Assembly (NCBI GenBank): GCA_963749075.1
Contig: CAVVLJ010000021.1
Coordinates: 448,001 to 512,000 of the forward strand
Source: an uncultured Pseudomonadota bacterium
GTDB lineage: Bacteria; Pseudomonadota; Alphaproteobacteria; JACZXZ01
Reading direction: 5' to 3'
DNA: 64,000 bases
Positions within the stretch are counted from its first letter, which is position 1, and every line of letters begins with the position of its first letter. A program made the position numbers and the translations under genes. The notes below the pieces were generated by a model, which was not told where the DNA came from, did not search any database, and saw nothing but the letters and a program-made list of their open reading frames with translations. Of the stretch, positions 22,598 to 32,830 are shown one piece after another.

Positions 22598-22620
22598 GTG
22601 AGAGCCTATAGAGAGCCTAA
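22598..22620 (+). repeat. putative integrase arm-type binding sites (GAGAGCCTA direct repeats)
   Basis: gtgagagcctatagagagcctaa; 22/23 copy at 40536-40558 inside the other island end. Confidence 0.75.
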
Positions 22621-22623
22621 AGA

Positions 22624-23742
22624 GTGCCTCAGACGCATCTCACCGACCTGACGCTCAAGACACTCGGAGCGCCGGAGCACGGCCAAATTACCTATTGGGA
22701 TGATACGCTCTCCGGCTTCGGATTGCGGGTGTCGCAGGGAGGAGCAAGAACCTTCGTCCTGATCCACGGGAGACGCCGCCAACGGACAACGATCGGCCGC
22801 TATCCGATCATCACCCTTTCCCAAGCGCGCACGAAGGCCAAGGAGCTCTTGGCCGAGCGGACCCTCCGCAAGCACACGCTCCCCGCTATCACCTTTGGAG
22901 AAGCGATCGACTTGTTCCTGTCCACCCATTGCGAGCAAAAGAACAAGGCATCGACGGCTCGGGAAACGAAGAGGCTCTTGCAGAAGCACTTTTCCAGCCT
23001 CCGGCCTGAGAAGCTCGAGGACCTCGCCCCGGACGTGGTTTCGCGGATCATCGACCGGATGCTTCCTACACCCTCGGAGGCCAACCACGCCTTCACGGCT
23101 GTTCGCACCTTCTTCCGTTGGACCGTTCGTCGCCGCTACCTTCTCCATTCCCCCCTTGAAGGGATGAGCCTTCCCACACGTCCGAAATCCAAAGACAGGG
23201 TGCTTACGGACAAGGAGCTGGGCCAGCTGTGGCGGGCCTGCGAGGGACAGTTTGGGACACTCGTTAAGCTCCTCATGCTTACCGGCCAACGAGTCGGAGA
23301 AATTTCCGCACTCCGCTCCGAGTACCTCAATCAGAATACCAAGACGATTACCCTCCCGGCAGGACTTACGAAGAACGGCCGTGAGCACGCCTTCCCTTAC
23401 GGTCCCGCGGCCTCACGTCTCCTGCCGAAGGACAGGCACGGGTACCTCTTCCCGGCCCGCGGGAAGGACAAGCCGATGAATGGCTTCTCGAAGTGCCGGC
23501 TGGCCCTGGACGCGAGGGCCAAGATTGCTCACTGGACGCTTCATGACCTCCGCCGGACGTTCGCGACGAACCTCGCCGCCCTCGGCGTTCCCGTGCACGT
23601 TACCGAAAAACTCCTCAACCATGTCTCCGGTACCATCTCCGGCGTGGCCGCGATCTACAACCGGCACACCTACATGGACGAGATGCGCGCGGCGATGAAG
23701 GCCTGGGAAAAGCATTTGCAATCTCTGGTGGAGCAGGCATAG
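22624..23742 (+). CDS. tyrosine integrase with N-terminal arm-binding domain
   Basis: WDDTLSGFGLRVS, TGQRVGE, TKNGREH, HDLRRT, LLNH and IYNR catalytic motifs. Confidence 0.95.
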   Translation: MPQTHLTDLTLKTLGAPEHGQITYWDDTLSGFGLRVSQGGARTFVLIHGRRRQRTTIGRYPIITLSQARTKAKELLAERTLRKHTLPAITFGEAIDLFLSTHCEQKNKASTARETKRLLQKHFSSLRPEKLEDLAPDVVSRIIDRMLPTPSEANHAFTAVRTFFRWTVRRRYLLHSPLEGMSLPTRPKSKDRVLTDKELGQLWRACEGQFGTLVKLLMLTGQRVGEISALRSEYLNQNTKTITLPAGLTKNGREHAFPYGPAASRLLPKDRHGYLFPARGKDKPMNGFSKCRLALDARAKIAHWTLHDLRRTFATNLAALGVPVHVTEKLLNHVSGTISGVAAIYNRHTYMDEMRAAMKAWEKHLQSLVEQA

Positions 23743-23806
23743 CATTTCCTGCCCGCTAGCTGGTTCCTGGCGGCATCGCGATGCCCCTCTCACAAAGGGG
23801 TGTCCG

Positions 23807-24013
23807 ATGACACAGAAACTGGTCAGCAAGAAAGAGCTGAAATCGCTCTATGGAGTTCCGTATAGCTTCGCGCACATCGCGCGCCTTGAAGCGGCAGGCC
23901 AATTCCCGAAACGGATAAAGCTTGGTGCTTGCAGGGTGGCGTGGTTGGCCGAGGAAGTGCAGAGCTGGATAGACGAGCGCGTTGCTAACCGCGACACGAC
24001 ATCTCCTTCTTGA
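23807..24013 (+). CDS. AlpA family regulator / excisionase
   Basis: GQFPKRIKLGACRVAWLAEEVQSWI motif. Confidence 0.9.
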   Translation: MTQKLVSKKELKSLYGVPYSFAHIARLEAAGQFPKRIKLGACRVAWLAEEVQSWIDERVANRDTTSPS

Positions 24014-24019
24014 AGGGCG

Positions 24020-24049
24020 GGGGTCTGGCTTCCAAACCAGACCCCTTTT
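24020..24049 (+). terminator. rho-independent terminator after alpA
   Basis: ggggtctgg-cttccaaa-ccagacccc-tttt. Confidence 0.7.
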
Positions 24050-24094
24050 CACATTTCCTATTGGGGCCAGCTACAAGGTCGTTCTCGGCGGAAC

Positions 24095-25744
24095 CTAACG
24101 GACCCTTGTCAACTTGATAAAATTTACCTGGACGTTGAAATCCATCGCCTCAATCTTCCGAGCCTCGTCACGAAGCGTTAGCTTGCTAAAGAAGGGTATA
24201 TTATGTGTCCCGTCGCGTCTCGGAAAATCTGCGATCTGGAAATCGACAGTCCAGCGGTCCTTCAGCGCCGATTTGAATTCTTGCGCTTTTTTCGTCCCAT
24301 AATGCTCCCTCACCTTTTCAATCATTCCAACCTTGAACGGATCATATTGCCGTATCAGCTGCGCAGAGTGCCCTCCTTGCTTAAAAAAGTGGCTGAGCAG
24401 GCTCGATTGACGGGAGCTCTTCTTAATATGGATAAAGCGACGCCTCTCGACATCGAGTAAGTCGCACACTTCCATACCTTGGCCTGGTACTTCGTCGATT
24501 TTAACCAACCTCCTATCCATTAGCAGGTAGCCAGCCTCCGTTTCCATTTCCTTATTGTAGGACTCCTCCGATTGGTAGGTAACTCTCGCCCTTTTTGCCT
24601 TTGGACCGGATCGATCAATTTTCCTCAGCGGTCGCAATTTTTTATCCGGCTTACCACGCAGCTTCACGAACTTTTCGTCTGCCGCATCCTTGAATAACTG
24701 ATCTATGCGATACCAATTTCCCTCGTTTAGCGCGTATCGAGCACCATTCAAAATCAACGAGCCGACAAGCGAATCATGCACTGACCAATGGTCACACGGT
24801 CGCTTATCATCCTCGATATAGGCTGCCACGCTATGCTTGTTCAAATCCTCCAAGCTCAATTTTGCTAGATTGCTTCCCAGTGCCTCCCGATACAGGTCGA
24901 GCGACAGATCAGGATAAAACTTCCCAATTCGTGCGTGCTCAAATCGAAAAGACCCGACGCTCTCCGATACAATTTTTGGAATTGCAATTTCAAACTCGTC
25001 ACTCCCTCCGCGAATGGCCGCAACGAGGGCCTCGTCAAGAAGCGATTGAACAGTGTTGTCTAAGACGGGCGAAAGAAAGTCGATGATTTGAAAACTAGTA
25101 TTCTTATATGCCTCAGATTTAAAGAAATTAACAGCTTCTACGGCAGCATCCGGTACATCGGCTATCTCGATCCTCTTCGAGAACCTCAGCGCACGAGAGC
25201 CCGTCACTAAATCTGCAAACTCGTGATCCGCCGTGTAACCGCTTACCTTTCGAATCAGGTCCAACGCGTCATCAAAACCAAATGATCGGAGATCGCGCTG
25301 TCCGGCGGCCTGTGCAAAATCTCGAATCGCTGCGCCAATATTAGAGCGCTCTACACTTCGCAGCTTATCGTCGCTAACGGCGTTGATTGCTACCTTCAGA
25401 CCGAAATCAGCCTCCGTTTTTGAGTGATCCAAATAGACGTGCCCATATGAAAACGTCAGGGCGAAAATAGATTTCTCCTTTTTGAACACCAGAACGGCGC
25501 ACGGTGACTTCGAAAAGAGGTTCTCGGGAAGCGAAAATGAAGCCTTCAGCAATTCGACCCAATTTGGAATACCTTCATGACCAGGAAAAGTGTATAGGCC
25601 GCTACCGTCGCCAAATTCGGCGGAGGGGGTCTTCGTCGCCAGTTTCCGCTTTACCAAATCTCGAGCATTTTCAGTCAACAGGTCGTCAAAGCCGGTTACT
25701 TCAGCCTTTGCAAGATACAGCGAGAACGTGTTCAGTCTTGGCAC
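24095..25744 (-). CDS. DUF6119 / TIGR04141-like sporadically distributed protein
   Basis: FALTFSYG...DFGLKVAIN, ESYN, EVCDLL...FIHIKK...LSHFFKQG and IPFFSKLTL motifs; start uncertain (GTG 25744, frame open to 25819). Confidence 0.8.
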   Translation of the reverse strand: MPRLNTFSLYLAKAEVTGFDDLLTENARDLVKRKLATKTPSAEFGDGSGLYTFPGHEGIPNWVELLKASFSLPENLFSKSPCAVLVFKKEKSIFALTFSYGHVYLDHSKTEADFGLKVAINAVSDDKLRSVERSNIGAAIRDFAQAAGQRDLRSFGFDDALDLIRKVSGYTADHEFADLVTGSRALRFSKRIEIADVPDAAVEAVNFFKSEAYKNTSFQIIDFLSPVLDNTVQSLLDEALVAAIRGGSDEFEIAIPKIVSESVGSFRFEHARIGKFYPDLSLDLYREALGSNLAKLSLEDLNKHSVAAYIEDDKRPCDHWSVHDSLVGSLILNGARYALNEGNWYRIDQLFKDAADEKFVKLRGKPDKKLRPLRKIDRSGPKAKRARVTYQSEESYNKEMETEAGYLLMDRRLVKIDEVPGQGMEVCDLLDVERRRFIHIKKSSRQSSLLSHFFKQGGHSAQLIRQYDPFKVGMIEKVREHYGTKKAQEFKSALKDRWTVDFQIADFPRRDGTHNIPFFSKLTLRDEARKIEAMDFNVQVNFIKLTRVR

Positions 25745-25776
25745 GCCTGCACCGACCGTTAAGCCATCGACCGTAA

Positions 25777-26496
<720 letters not shown>

Positions 26497-26536
26497 CCGG
26501 CAGGGCCATCCTTCGATCGGGATATAATGGATCGAT

Positions 26537-26893
26537 ATGGAAGTCCGGCAGGAGCGCCACATCGCCGACATTCTCAAAGAGCGCAACATCATCCTCAGGG
26601 GCGCCGACGCCGCGACCGCCCAGGGCTTTACCCAAGTCCCGAATTTTCTCCTGAAATCAAAGAAGCTTAGCGCGGGCGACAAGATGGCGTTCGCCATGCT
26701 CCTCAGCTACGCATGGCAGAATGACTACTGCTTTCCGGGCCAACGGCGCCTCGCAGTCGATATGGGGCTAGACGAGCGCAGCGTCCGGAGGCACCTCAAA
26801 TCGCTCGAAGCCAACGGCCTCTTGGCTATCCAGCAGCGAGGGCTGGGGAAGACCAATATCTACGAATTGAACCTCAAGCCGCAGCGGTCGTAA
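26537..26893 (+). CDS. helix-turn-helix replication initiator-like protein
   Basis: FTQVPN...LSAGDK...LLSYA...CFPGQRRLA...ERSVRRHLKSLE..GL...TNIY pattern of phage/plasmid rep N-termini; followed by iterons. Confidence 0.8.
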   Translation: MEVRQERHIADILKERNIILRGADAATAQGFTQVPNFLLKSKKLSAGDKMAFAMLLSYAWQNDYCFPGQRRLAVDMGLDERSVRRHLKSLEANGLLAIQQRGLGKTNIYELNLKPQRS

Positions 26894-26896
26894 GCC

Positions 26897-26973
26897 GATC
26901 CAGACCGGACAAAAATGTCCGGTCCAGACCGGACAAAAACGCTCGGTCCAGACCGGACAAAAACGCTCGGTCC
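26897..26973 (+). repeat. 3.2 x 24-bp iteron array (putative origin)
   Basis: gatccagaccggacaaaaatgtcc, then ggtccagaccggacaaaaacgctc x2, then ggtcc, followed by an AT-rich stretch. Confidence 0.85.
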
Positions 26974-27118
26974 TCTATTAATGATACGCATCTAATGAGA
27001 CCCATTTAAAAATACCCAGTATGCAAAATGCCTTTCATAGAAAGGAAACCCGGAACCCAAAAGGCGCCGCCTGGAGGCGGCCAAGGCGGGGTTATCACCC
27101 CCCCTTACGCCCCGCCTT

Positions 27119-29082
27119 TAGGCCGAGCTTTTCATTGTCCGAAGCGATAAGGCGTTGAGATAGAATCGGAATTCGCCGTTTCGGGCGCTCGAATGTAGCC
27201 ATGCAGTCGTGCCATTTATAGCTTGACGGCGCGAGGTGGGGCTGATTCGATGTGTCATGCACATCGAGTCCGTGCCCAACCGCAAATCGCACCCGACCAT
27301 CCTGCTGCGCGAGAGCTACCGCGCGGAGGGCAAGGTGCGCAAGCGCACCATCGCCAATCTGACGCATTGGCCGGAGCAGCTGGTGGAGGGCTTGCGTACG
27401 CTGCTGCGTGGCGGCGTGGCGGTGGGCGGGGCGGAGGAGGCGCTGAGCATCAGCCGCTCGTTGCCCCATGGGCATGTCGCGGCGGTGCTGGGCACGGCGG
27501 AGCGGCTCGGCTTGGCGAAGCTCTTGAACGAGCGCCGCGGCGGGCCTGACGGGCGGCGCTATCGCGACTTGGTGCTGGCCCTCATCGTCAACCGCGTGAT
27601 CGCGCCGTCGTCCAAGCTGGCGGCGGTGCGGGCGCTGAATGCGGAGACGGCGGCGTCGAGCCTGGGCGAGCGGCTGGGTTTGGGCGCGGTGGGGGAACGC
27701 GAGATATACGCGGCCCTGGACTGGCTCCTCGCGCAGCAGGAGCGGATCGAGAAGGGGCTGGCCAGGCGCCATCTGGCCGGCGGCACGCTCGTCCTCTACG
27801 ACGTGAGCTCCTCGTATCTCGAGGGCCGCTGCTGCGAACTGGCGCAGCACGGCTATAGCCGCGATCATCGTCCCGACCGGCCGCAGCTCGTCTATGGCCT
27901 GCTGTGCAACCGGGAGGGCTGTCCGGTGGCGATCGAGGTGTTCGCAGGCAACACTGCCGATCCAATGACGCTCGCAGCCCAGCTGAGCAAGCTCAAGGGA
28001 CGCTTCGGCCTGGAGCGGGTGGTTCTGGTCGGCGACCGCGGCATGATCACCAGCGCCCGCATCCGCGAGGCGCTCGAGCCGGCGGGGCTGGATTGGATCA
28101 CCGCCTTGCGCGCGCCGAAGATCCAGGAGCTCGCCCAGGGCGGCCCGCTGCAACTGTCGCTGTTCGACGAGCGCGACCTGGCCGAGATCAGCGCCCCGGA
28201 TTATCCGGGCGAGCGCCTGATCGTCTGTCGCAATCCGCTGCTGGCGGCCGAGCGCCGACGCAAGCGCGAAGCCTTGTTGGCCGCGACCGAGCGGGACTTG
28301 AGCCGCGTCAAGCTGGCGGTAGAGCGCAAGCGCGTCCCCCTGCGCGGCAAGGCCGAGATCGGCCTGGACGTCGGCGCCGTGCTCGACAAGCACAAGATGG
28401 GCAAGCACTATGAGCTCTCGATCGGCGATGCCAGCTTCACGTACCGCCGCAAGGAAAGCGCCATCGCCGACGAAGCCCGCCTCGACGGCATCTATGTGAT
28501 CCGCACCAGCGTCCCGGCCGCCGCCCTCACGGCGGAGCAGGCTGTCGGCGCCTATAAATCCCTCGCCCAGGTCGAGCGCGCCTTCCGCTGCCTCAAGACC
28601 GCCGATCTCGAAATCCGCCCGGTCTTCCATTGGACCGCGCCGCGGGTGCGCGCCCATGTGCTGTTGTGCATGCTGGCCTACTACGTCGAATTCCACATGC
28701 GAGGCCATCTGGCGCCGCTGCTCTTCCACGACCACGATCGCGCCGCTGCCGCCGCCGAGCGCAAATCCATCGTCGCCCCGGCACAACGCTCCCCCGCGGC
28801 CAAGCGCAAGGCCACCGCGCGCCGCACCGATGACGGCTTGCCCGTCCATAGCTTCCGCAGCCTCCTCGATGACCTCGCCACCCTCTGCCTCAACAAGGTC
28901 AGCCTGCCCAGCAATCAGACGTACCGCTTCGATCTGCCGACCAAGCCGACGCCCCTCCAAGCCCGCGCCCTCGAACTGCTCGGCGTCGGCCTCGGGCTGT
29001 AGTCAGTACGCGACCATCACAAGCCCGATTTATCGAGTCGGCTCAGTGACTTGCTCATGTTCAAAGTAAAAAGTTCAGGCTA
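27119..29082 (+). mobile_element. IS1634-family insertion sequence
   Basis: Imperfect terminal IRs taggccgagcttttca / taaaaagttcaggcta around a single transposase; GC rises inside the element. Confidence 0.8.
27257..29002 (+). CDS. IS1634 family transposase
   Basis: LLRESYR.EGKVRKRTIANL, LYDVSS, GYSRDHR, VGDRGM, LDGIYVIRT and VERAFR motifs. Confidence 0.92.
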   Translation: MHIESVPNRKSHPTILLRESYRAEGKVRKRTIANLTHWPEQLVEGLRTLLRGGVAVGGAEEALSISRSLPHGHVAAVLGTAERLGLAKLLNERRGGPDGRRYRDLVLALIVNRVIAPSSKLAAVRALNAETAASSLGERLGLGAVGEREIYAALDWLLAQQERIEKGLARRHLAGGTLVLYDVSSSYLEGRCCELAQHGYSRDHRPDRPQLVYGLLCNREGCPVAIEVFAGNTADPMTLAAQLSKLKGRFGLERVVLVGDRGMITSARIREALEPAGLDWITALRAPKIQELAQGGPLQLSLFDERDLAEISAPDYPGERLIVCRNPLLAAERRRKREALLAATERDLSRVKLAVERKRVPLRGKAEIGLDVGAVLDKHKMGKHYELSIGDASFTYRRKESAIADEARLDGIYVIRTSVPAAALTAEQAVGAYKSLAQVERAFRCLKTADLEIRPVFHWTAPRVRAHVLLCMLAYYVEFHMRGHLAPLLFHDHDRAAAAAERKSIVAPAQRSPAAKRKATARRTDDGLPVHSFRSLLDDLATLCLNKVSLPSNQTYRFDLPTKPTPLQARALELLGVGLGL

Positions 29083-29198
29083 GAATAACGGTGGTACCGA
29101 ACGGACCGCAAAGACCCGACTAGGCCGGGCGAGCGAACTACGCAGAGTGATCAGGATTGCTCTTTTAAAACAGCGCCGAGACATAATTGGGGGACGAG

Positions 29199-30179
29199 AT
29201 GAACTCATCGCAGCAGATGGGAGTATCCGGATGCCGGTTGAGTGACGGGAGATTGCACTTAGGCCATTATCTTGGTTGTCTCCATCCGGAGAAGACCAAA
29301 CAAATCGGGGAGCTCTTCTTTGTCATTCAAGACGGTAAAACCAACTACTTAGCAGGTAAACCGCCGTCCGTGGAGCCGTTAGCCCTACTTCTCGCGCAAC
29401 TATACGCCTTTTGCACTGAAGATTGCACTATTGTTCCGTGCCTCCAAAGCAAAATCTTTCCTGCCTATGCGCCACTTTTTGATTTTGCCAGAGCCGTGAT
29501 TACGTTACGGGGCCTGGAGAGGGTCCATCCGAAGAAGGATGACTTGAAGGCTGCATTCGGTATTCCTCTTAGGGATTATCTTTTTCCAGTCGATCAAGCC
29601 GTTCAGTTCCTAGCGTTCGGGGCTGATTTTATTCTCATGAATGACGACAACATTCGCTTTGCGAGATTGGCAAATAACCTTCACAAGAAGCTTACCACAG
29701 CGGAGCACCGATCTATGCCGGCACCACGAATGGCACTTGATCCGGTCCCGAGATTGCTTGGAAGCAATGGGCAAAAAATGTCGAAGGCCAACGGCAACTG
29801 CATATTCCTTACGGACGACGACCGGACTGTAACCGAGCAGATTAGGAATTACGCTCGACGAATAGGCTGGAGGTGGACAAGAGATTGCCGATGGGAGTAC
29901 GAAGGAGAAGTCGCCCTGTCAGAAGAAATAGGCTCTGGCTCTGCCCTAGCTTCGATCTGTTTTACCTTTCAACTCGATTTTCCAGATTTGCGTTTGGCCG
30001 TCGAGTCAGTGCCCGACCTTATTGAACATCTTATAAAGCGTATCGTTCCATTAATTTCTGACGTTAGAGCGCGTACGCATGAAGCCATGAAATCAAAAGG
30101 GCTATTGTTTGACCGCTTAGCGGCTGACTCCACGCGTGCAACTCACCGAATTGCGAATACGATCGGGGCACTGATATGA
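29199..30179 (+). CDS. divergent tryptophanyl-tRNA synthetase-like (class Ic) protein
   Basis: GRLHLGHYLG (HIGH) and GQKMSKA (KMSKS) motifs at TrpRS length; FPVDQAVQ and MNDDN stand where TrpRS has YPxxQAAD and VGEDQ. Confidence 0.8.
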   Translation: MNSSQQMGVSGCRLSDGRLHLGHYLGCLHPEKTKQIGELFFVIQDGKTNYLAGKPPSVEPLALLLAQLYAFCTEDCTIVPCLQSKIFPAYAPLFDFARAVITLRGLERVHPKKDDLKAAFGIPLRDYLFPVDQAVQFLAFGADFILMNDDNIRFARLANNLHKKLTTAEHRSMPAPRMALDPVPRLLGSNGQKMSKANGNCIFLTDDDRTVTEQIRNYARRIGWRWTRDCRWEYEGEVALSEEIGSGSALASICFTFQLDFPDLRLAVESVPDLIEHLIKRIVPLISDVRARTHEAMKSKGLLFDRLAADSTRATHRIANTIGALI

Positions 30180-30895
30180 CGGATCGTCGATTCGTGTTAC
30201 TCATCCGGCACGCGGACTCAGAAAAAAATGCACTCGGTCAGTTTGCTGGCGATGCGTCTTCCGACCGACTTACTATGGCTGGGAAGCTTCAGCTAGAGCG
30301 CGTAAGGAGTGAAATTAACTCAATCATTAGCGCACTTGGGATCAAGTCGATCAGAATTGCACATGCTGATTCAGAACGCGCTAAGACGACCGCAGTCGCT
30401 CTTGCGGGTCCACTCGGCGCCGCGCTAAAGGCAGTTCCAGAATTTCGCTCAATTCGGTCTGGCATTGCAGCTGGCATGACAGAAAGTGAGATCGCAATTC
30501 AGTATCCCGAGTTCTACAATTCATTGACATTATATCGTGCGGGCGTTCTGTCCTCTTACGATATACCGTATCCGCTCGGCGCCGAGCGCGTTCAGGACTT
30601 TGAACGCATAGTCGAGGGCGCGCTGAGGAATCTGCTCTCCGATGCAGTCAACCAGTTCTTCATCGTTATTGGACATAGATCATCAATCACTGCAATTCTA
30701 CTGTATTACGCACGCCTCGTTCACGAATATCCATCAAATTTCTTCGGATATATACCGTTGGACCCGTGCGTCACGTCCTGTATTGACATACGGCTAGGCG
30801 CCGAGCAGATACTTTGGGTAAACCGAACGATTGACCGATCGTTTCTCGTTGGGGTCGTTAATAGGGTCGGGAGCACAGCGTCACGAAATGGCTAA
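30176..30895 (+). CDS. histidine phosphatase superfamily protein
   Basis: LLIRHADSEKN (RH[G/A] motif), RAKTTA, GAE and GHRSSI; ATGA overlap with the upstream gene. Confidence 0.85.
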   Translation: MTDRRFVLLIRHADSEKNALGQFAGDASSDRLTMAGKLQLERVRSEINSIISALGIKSIRIAHADSERAKTTAVALAGPLGAALKAVPEFRSIRSGIAAGMTESEIAIQYPEFYNSLTLYRAGVLSSYDIPYPLGAERVQDFERIVEGALRNLLSDAVNQFFIVIGHRSSITAILLYYARLVHEYPSNFFGYIPLDPCVTSCIDIRLGAEQILWVNRTIDRSFLVGVVNRVGSTASRNG

Positions 30896-31528
30896 GGGTC
30901 GCCTACCTTCCAGCACCCTCTCGGCCATTATCAAAGCCGTTAGGTAATAATTTTGAATCCGCGGTAGAAACCGGTTCTTCGTAATTTCTTCTACGCAAGA
31001 AATCCAAACGTGAGCTTTCGCATCATATCGGATTCCATTCACACGTATGATCTCTAACTTTTCTTCAAACAGCTTCATGCCTGCGCTGACTGGAAGCGCC
31101 AAGAGGCCGTGCACCTCGTTTGGATCGGGGCGGTAGCTCTCAAGTGGTCTGTCATCTCTGAGCATAAAGACTCCCTGATATTCTCTATTTAGCTGACCGT
31201 TCTCCTGATCTGCCACTTCCACACGGTACCCGAGCCATTTTAAATCGCTCGAGCGCACGGTAATACCAAGCTCCTCTGATACTTCACGGATACCATCACT
31301 AAGTTCCTCACCTGTACGGAGATGCCCGGCTGCGGTTATATCCAGAAGATTCGGGTAATTCTTTGCCACAGGCGAGCGAAGCTGAAAAAGCAGGCTTCCT
31401 TTGTACTCTCCAGTTACTACCCAAAGATGAAAAGTCCGGTGCCATGCTCCCTGCATGTGTGCCGACAGTCGATCAGCAACACCGGTCTTTTTGAGATTCG
31501 CGTCGAATATGTCGATCTGTTCGGACAT
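30881..31528 (-). CDS. NUDIX hydrolase (IDI-like subfamily)
   Basis: HRTFHLWV, LDITAAGH and Nudix box GHLRTGEELSDGIREVSEELGI. Confidence 0.88.
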   Translation of the reverse strand: MSEQIDIFDANLKKTGVADRLSAHMQGAWHRTFHLWVVTGEYKGSLLFQLRSPVAKNYPNLLDITAAGHLRTGEELSDGIREVSEELGITVRSSDLKWLGYRVEVADQENGQLNREYQGVFMLRDDRPLESYRPDPNEVHGLLALPVSAGMKLFEEKLEIIRVNGIRYDAKAHVWISCVEEITKNRFLPRIQNYYLTALIMAERVLEGRRPLAIS

Positions 31529-31538
31529 GGAGAGACTT

Positions 31539-32830
31539 CTACTGGTTGCGAACTGATAGGGTTCTGGCCACCTTCTGCCTCTTGGCATGAATCTCGAGTG
31601 CGGCGGTTCGACGTCCTAGAGCCGTTAGGAGGCGCTCTTCGAGAACAAGGCCTTTGTTTAATCGCTCGTAGTCGGCGATTGATTCAAACGAAGTGGTAGC
31701 AGCGCTAACGAGCGCTAGGGCGTCCATCGCCTTTTTTGTCGATTCCCTATCTTTCGGTAAGTCGCTCCCGTGGTTGAGAACACCTAAGCTCCGGGCGAGA
31801 ATCGTTGCTCGGGCGTGGTCGATCTGCGCCTTGTCGCGAACCAAGGCATCTTTAAAGTGTTCGACATTCTCGTTAAGGCCTCTCAGGGACGTAATCACCT
31901 CCTCCGCTCGGTCCAAGAACCTATGGCCATCCTCCTCCCGCTGAGTCATCATTGCCATATGCCTATAACCCTTGGCTGCTGTGAGTCGCATTTCAACTAT
32001 ATCAGAAGCATTTTGTGTACTCTGAGCAGTAGCAATCTCAATTCCGCGTTGGATGTTCTCTAAGGCGACTGCATCCTGTCCTAGGAGGTGCGACGCCCAT
32101 CCAAGGTCGTCGACGAGAACCCGTGCTCTGTCCAACGCGGCCTCTGTGTCGACCGCGGCAACAAGCGCCATTTCACCTAATTTGACTTCTCGTTTGATTC
32201 TCCACCGATTAGGTGCAACAGATGAGACATACTTTCGCGAATATGTAGCACAGTGGTCATCTTACCTTGTTGTACAAGCATAGCAACATATTCCGTGAGG
32301 GCCTTAACAAATGCAGCTTGACAGTCATTCACGGAAGCATTTTCACGTGGCAACGCTGCGCGTCGAAGAATGGCATTTTGATGCCCTCGGATAAGCGACT
32401 CATAGTAGGTCTCGAGCTGTCGGATCCTATCAGATGCGATCTTCTGCCATTGCGCTTCGTCTGGGGCCTTCGGTTTCGTGGCATACGCTTCCCACGCCGA
32501 CCCTCGCACCTTCTTCTCAACGCCCTTGGTTCTATAATGGGGGTGAGTCCCACTGTAGCTAAGAGTTGCCAGAAGTTCCGCAGTAACATTAATCTGTCTT
32601 GACGACGCGTTCTTGCCCTTCCAAATCGCGCGCTTCCAGTTCGAAAGATCGCTTTGGGACAAACCTAAACTCTTACGAAAATCGCCAGAGTGGTCCCGAC
32701 CTTCCGAAAAGGCTGCCGCCACCCAGCTGAAGAAACTCTCAATCGAAGCGATTAAGGTCGGTTCCGGAGGTGGAACCTCCGAGACCTCGTACGTTTCAGG
32801 GTCCCCCATGACGCCCTCCGAGGTACACAT
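31539..32830 (-). pseudogene. HTH-like plus helical-repeat (TPR-like) protein, split by a probable 1-nt frameshift near 32190
   Basis: ORFs 32177-32830 and 31539-32171 join as LLHLIGGESNE-x-VKLGEMALVAA if one base is restored; N-terminal RKSLGLSQSDLSNWKR; C-terminal DDLGWASHLLG...ALENIQRGIEIA. Confidence 0.6.

Noticed and set aside
26897-26973. Possible mini CRISPR array
   Set aside because: Repeats are contiguous with no spacers and no cas genes; position after a rep-like gene fits iterons.
29199-30179. Housekeeping trpS
   Set aside because: Low-GC island location and altered Trp-pocket motifs; gene symbol withheld.
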